From Thermoanaerobaculia bacterium (GTDB lineage: Bacteria > Acidobacteriota > Thermoanaerobaculia > Gp7-AA8), in contig JBBRMQ010000009.1 of NCBI GenBank assembly GCA_038230775.1, positions 1 through 35,837 of the forward strand: a DNA stretch of 35,837 nucleotides. The letters are read 5' to 3'. The notes under the pieces were generated by a model. That model saw only the letters and a list, made by a program, of their open reading frames with translations, was not told the origin of the DNA and searched no databases. The number at the start of each line of letters is the position of its first letter. Within the stretch, counting starts at the first letter, position 1. The position numbers and the translations under genes are program-made. Below are positions 35,513-35,837 of this stretch, one piece after another.

Positions 35513-35837
35513 CTACACGCTGCGGCCGACGTAACCCGCCGCGACCGGCACCCGCCGTCCGGCCAGCGCGGTCGCCGCTTCGAGATCCGGCGTCTCGACG
35601 AGCGGTCGCAGGTAATCGCCTTCCATCACCGAGACGGCGATGCCGTCGCGATACGCGATGCGATTCGCGGCGATCGAGCGCACCCGCTCACTCGACGTGA
35701 GGACGCCGGTGAGGTTGAGCGGATCGGTGGCGCTGACGACCACGAGGCGCCCGTCGGGTCCTTCGCGCCGCATCTCGCGCAGCCGCTCGACCGCTTCGGG
35801 CAGCGCAAACTGTTCACCCGACATCCCGTGCACGAAG
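35513..35837 (-). CDS. 3' end of a gene continuing beyond the right edge (C-terminal domain, possibly Lhr-type helicase C-terminus-like)
   Basis: Open frame to the window edge. Protein-like composition (...GRLVVVSATDPLNLTGVL...). It lies 16 nt upstream of the aldolase/SDR start, so the two are probably co-transcribed. Identity uncertain. Confidence 0.35.
   Translation of the reverse strand, partial: FVHGMSGEQFALPEAVERLREMRREGPDGRLVVVSATDPLNLTGVLTSSERVRSIAANRIAYRDGIAVSVMEGDYLRPLVETPDLEAATALAGRRVPVAAGYVGRSV

Overview
High-GC bacterial chromosomal window of about 35.8 kb with dense coding on both strands. The core gene I am most sure of is a class II adenosylcobalamin-dependent ribonucleotide reductase (nrdJ, 3935-6751), which sits behind a long structured leader. 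Immediately downstream, abutting the nrdJ terminator, is a five-gene minus-strand operon that is visibly A+T-richer than its surroundings (6830-14230). It encodes a C5 cytosine DNA methyltransferase (Dcm-like), a Vsr very-short-patch-repair endonuclease, a GHKL/MORC-like ATPase, a PD-(D/E)xK-like protein and a large Z1-domain P-loop/DExx protein. I read this as a horizontally acquired restriction/defence module that has been predicted from genomics but, as far as I know, not characterised biochemically. An orphan HicB antitoxin gene lies next to it. The rest of the window carries secreted or membrane proteins (C39-like peptidase, Vgb-like beta-propeller, SPFH/band-7, DUF885 metallopeptidase-like, PAP2-like, TPR, DUF1206), a gene-remnant 'junkyard' (16.8-17.4 kb), a tRNA-like gene whose acceptor stem does not pair in my hand fold, a translationally coupled ATP-grasp / FCY1-type cytosine deaminase / ThuA-like trio, a membrane GGDEF cyclase, and a bifunctional class II aldolase/short-chain dehydrogenase. 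Several families of REP/MITE-like palindromic repeats are scattered through intergenic regions. One copy is inserted in frame inside the aldolase/SDR gene (18 extra codons), and two inverted ~115-bp copies bracket a two-gene cassette. There is no CRISPR array, rRNA, transposase or integrase. All functional calls come from motif recognition by eye and need HMM/BLAST confirmation.
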